DNA of 64,000 nucleotides. Origin: Squalus acanthias. Its lineage: Eukaryota. Within the stretch, counting starts at the first letter, position 1, and the number at the start of each line of letters is the position of its first letter. This document shows, in pieces, positions 62,193 to 64,000 of the stretch. The position numbers and the translations under genes are program-made. Location: NCBI GenBank assembly GCA_030390025.1, contig CM059431.1, forward strand, positions 138,014,001-138,078,000, in the 5' to 3' direction. Below the pieces are notes generated by a model, which did no database searches, was not told the DNA's origin, and was given only the letters and a program-made list of their open reading frames with translations.

Positions 62193-64000
62193 GTAATGAG
62201 AAAGGATTAATTAGCAATCTTGTTGTGCGAGGCCCCTTGGGGAGGGGCGATCATAATATGATAGAATTCTTCATTAAAATGGAGAGTGAAGTAGTTAACT
62301 CAGAGACTAGGGTCCTGAATTTGAATAAAGGAAACTACGATGGTATGAGGCACGAGTTGGCTAGGATGGTATGGGAAAGGTTACTTAAAGGGTTGACGGT
62401 GGTTAGGCAATGGCAAACATTTAAAGATCGCATGGATGAACTACAGAATTGGTTCATCCCTGTTTAGCATAAAGATAAAACAAAAACGGTGACACAAACG
62501 TGGCTAACAAGGGAAATTAAGGATAGCATGAAATCCAATGAGAGGACATATAATTTGGCCAGAAAAAGCAGCAAACCTGAGGACTGGGAGCAGTTTAGGA
62601 TTCAGCAAACGAGGACAATGGGATTAATTAAAAGTGGGAAAATAGATTGTGAGAGTAAGCTTTCAGGGAACATAAAAACTGACTGTAAAAGCTTCTATAA
62701 ATATGTGAAGAGAAAAAGATTGGTGATGTCAAGTGTAGGTCCCTTGCAGTCAGAATCAGGGGATTTATAATGGAGAACAAAGAAATGGCAGACCAATTAA
62801 TTACATACTTTGGTTCTGTCTGAACAAAGGAGGACACAAATAACCTCCCAGAGATGTCGGCGAACATAGGGTCTAATGAGCGGGAGGAATTGAATGAATT
62901 CAGTATTTGTAGGTAAATGCTGTTAGGGAAATTGACGGGATTGAAGGCCGATGAATCCCGAGGGCCTGATAATCTACATCGGGATTGATAGTATGGTACT
63001 GTCTTGGATAGAGAACTGATTGGCAGACAGGAAGCAAAGAGTTGGCCCTCGAAATAGTAGATGGATTGCTGCTCATCTTCCAAAATTCTATAGACTCTGG
63101 AACAGTTCCCATTGATTGGAGGATAGCTAATGTTACCCCACTATTTAAAAAAGGTGGTCGAGAGAAAACGGGGAATTTTCGACCGGTAAGTCTGACATCG
63201 GAAGTGGGGAAAATGCAAGAGTCCATTATAAAAGATGTAATAGTAGAGCGCTTGGAAAACAGTGACAGGATCGGACAATGTCAACATGGATATACAAAAG
63301 GTAAATCATGCTTCACTAATCTACTGGAATTTTTTGAGGATGTAACTGATAGAATAGATAAGGGAGAACCAGTGGATGTGGTGTATTTGGACTTTCAGAA
63401 GGCTTTCGATAAGGTCCCGCAATATAGATTAGCGTGCAAAGTTAAAGCACACGGGATTGATAGTATGGTACTGTCTTGGATAGAGAACTGATTGGCAGAC
63501 AGGAAGCAAAGAGTTGGAATAAACGGGACTTTTTCCGAGTGACAGGCAGCGACTAGTGGGGTACCGCAGGGATCGGTGCAAGGACCCCAGCTATTCACAA
63601 TATATATAAATGATCTAGACGAGGGAAGTAGATGTAATATCTCCAAGTTTGCAGATGAAACAATGCTGGTTGGGCGTGTGTGCTGTGAGGAGGATACAGA
63701 GAAACTCCAGTATGATTTGGACAGGTTGGGTGATTGGGCAGATACATGCCAAATGCAGTATAATGTGGATAAATGCGAGGTTATCCACTTCGTTGGCAAA
63801 AACAGGAAGACAGATTATTATCTGAACGCCAATAGATTGGGAAAGGGGAAGTACAAGGAGACCTGGGTGTCCTTGTGCACCAGTCGCTGTAAGTATGCAT
63901 GCAAGTGCAGCAGACGTTTAAGAAGACAAATGGTATGTTGGCTATCATAGCGAGAGGATTCGAGTACAGGAGCAAGGACCCTGCAGTTGTACAGGGCCTT
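62193..64000 (+). mobile_element. CR1 ORF2 (EN C-terminus, tether, RT), running off the window edge
   Basis: [42 protein letters not shown] and KFADET; stops and frameshifts. Confidence 0.93.

Overview
Repeat-dominated eukaryotic DNA, most likely from a cartilaginous fish (shark or ray). That assignment rests on an HE1-type V-SINE, a SacSINE1/AmnSINE-type DeuSINE, abundant CR1 LINEs and a GPR139-like receptor. One intact protein-coding gene is supported: a two-exon rhodopsin-class GPR139/GPR142-like GPCR (join 14743-14812,15562-16454, 320 aa) with a TATA promoter. A decayed paralog lies at about 60057-60702. Most of the rest is CR1, L2 and a second APE-RT LINE family (here called family B), Penelope remnants carrying minimal hammerhead ribozymes, two solo LTRs, palindromic MITEs, four tandem arrays (26, 48, 33 and 50 bp units) and local segmental duplications that preserve empty insertion sites. 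The very long ORFs at 20-31 kb and 52-54 kb are satellite artefacts. The most notable observations are a full-length single-ORF LINE with a tRNA-like Pol III head carrying three nested insertions, solo LTRs rich in E2F motifs, exon-like remnants of a possible CD20/MS4A-like gene antisense to the GPCR pseudogene, and an exact 66-bp templated insertion. All family assignments are by eye; no database search was run.
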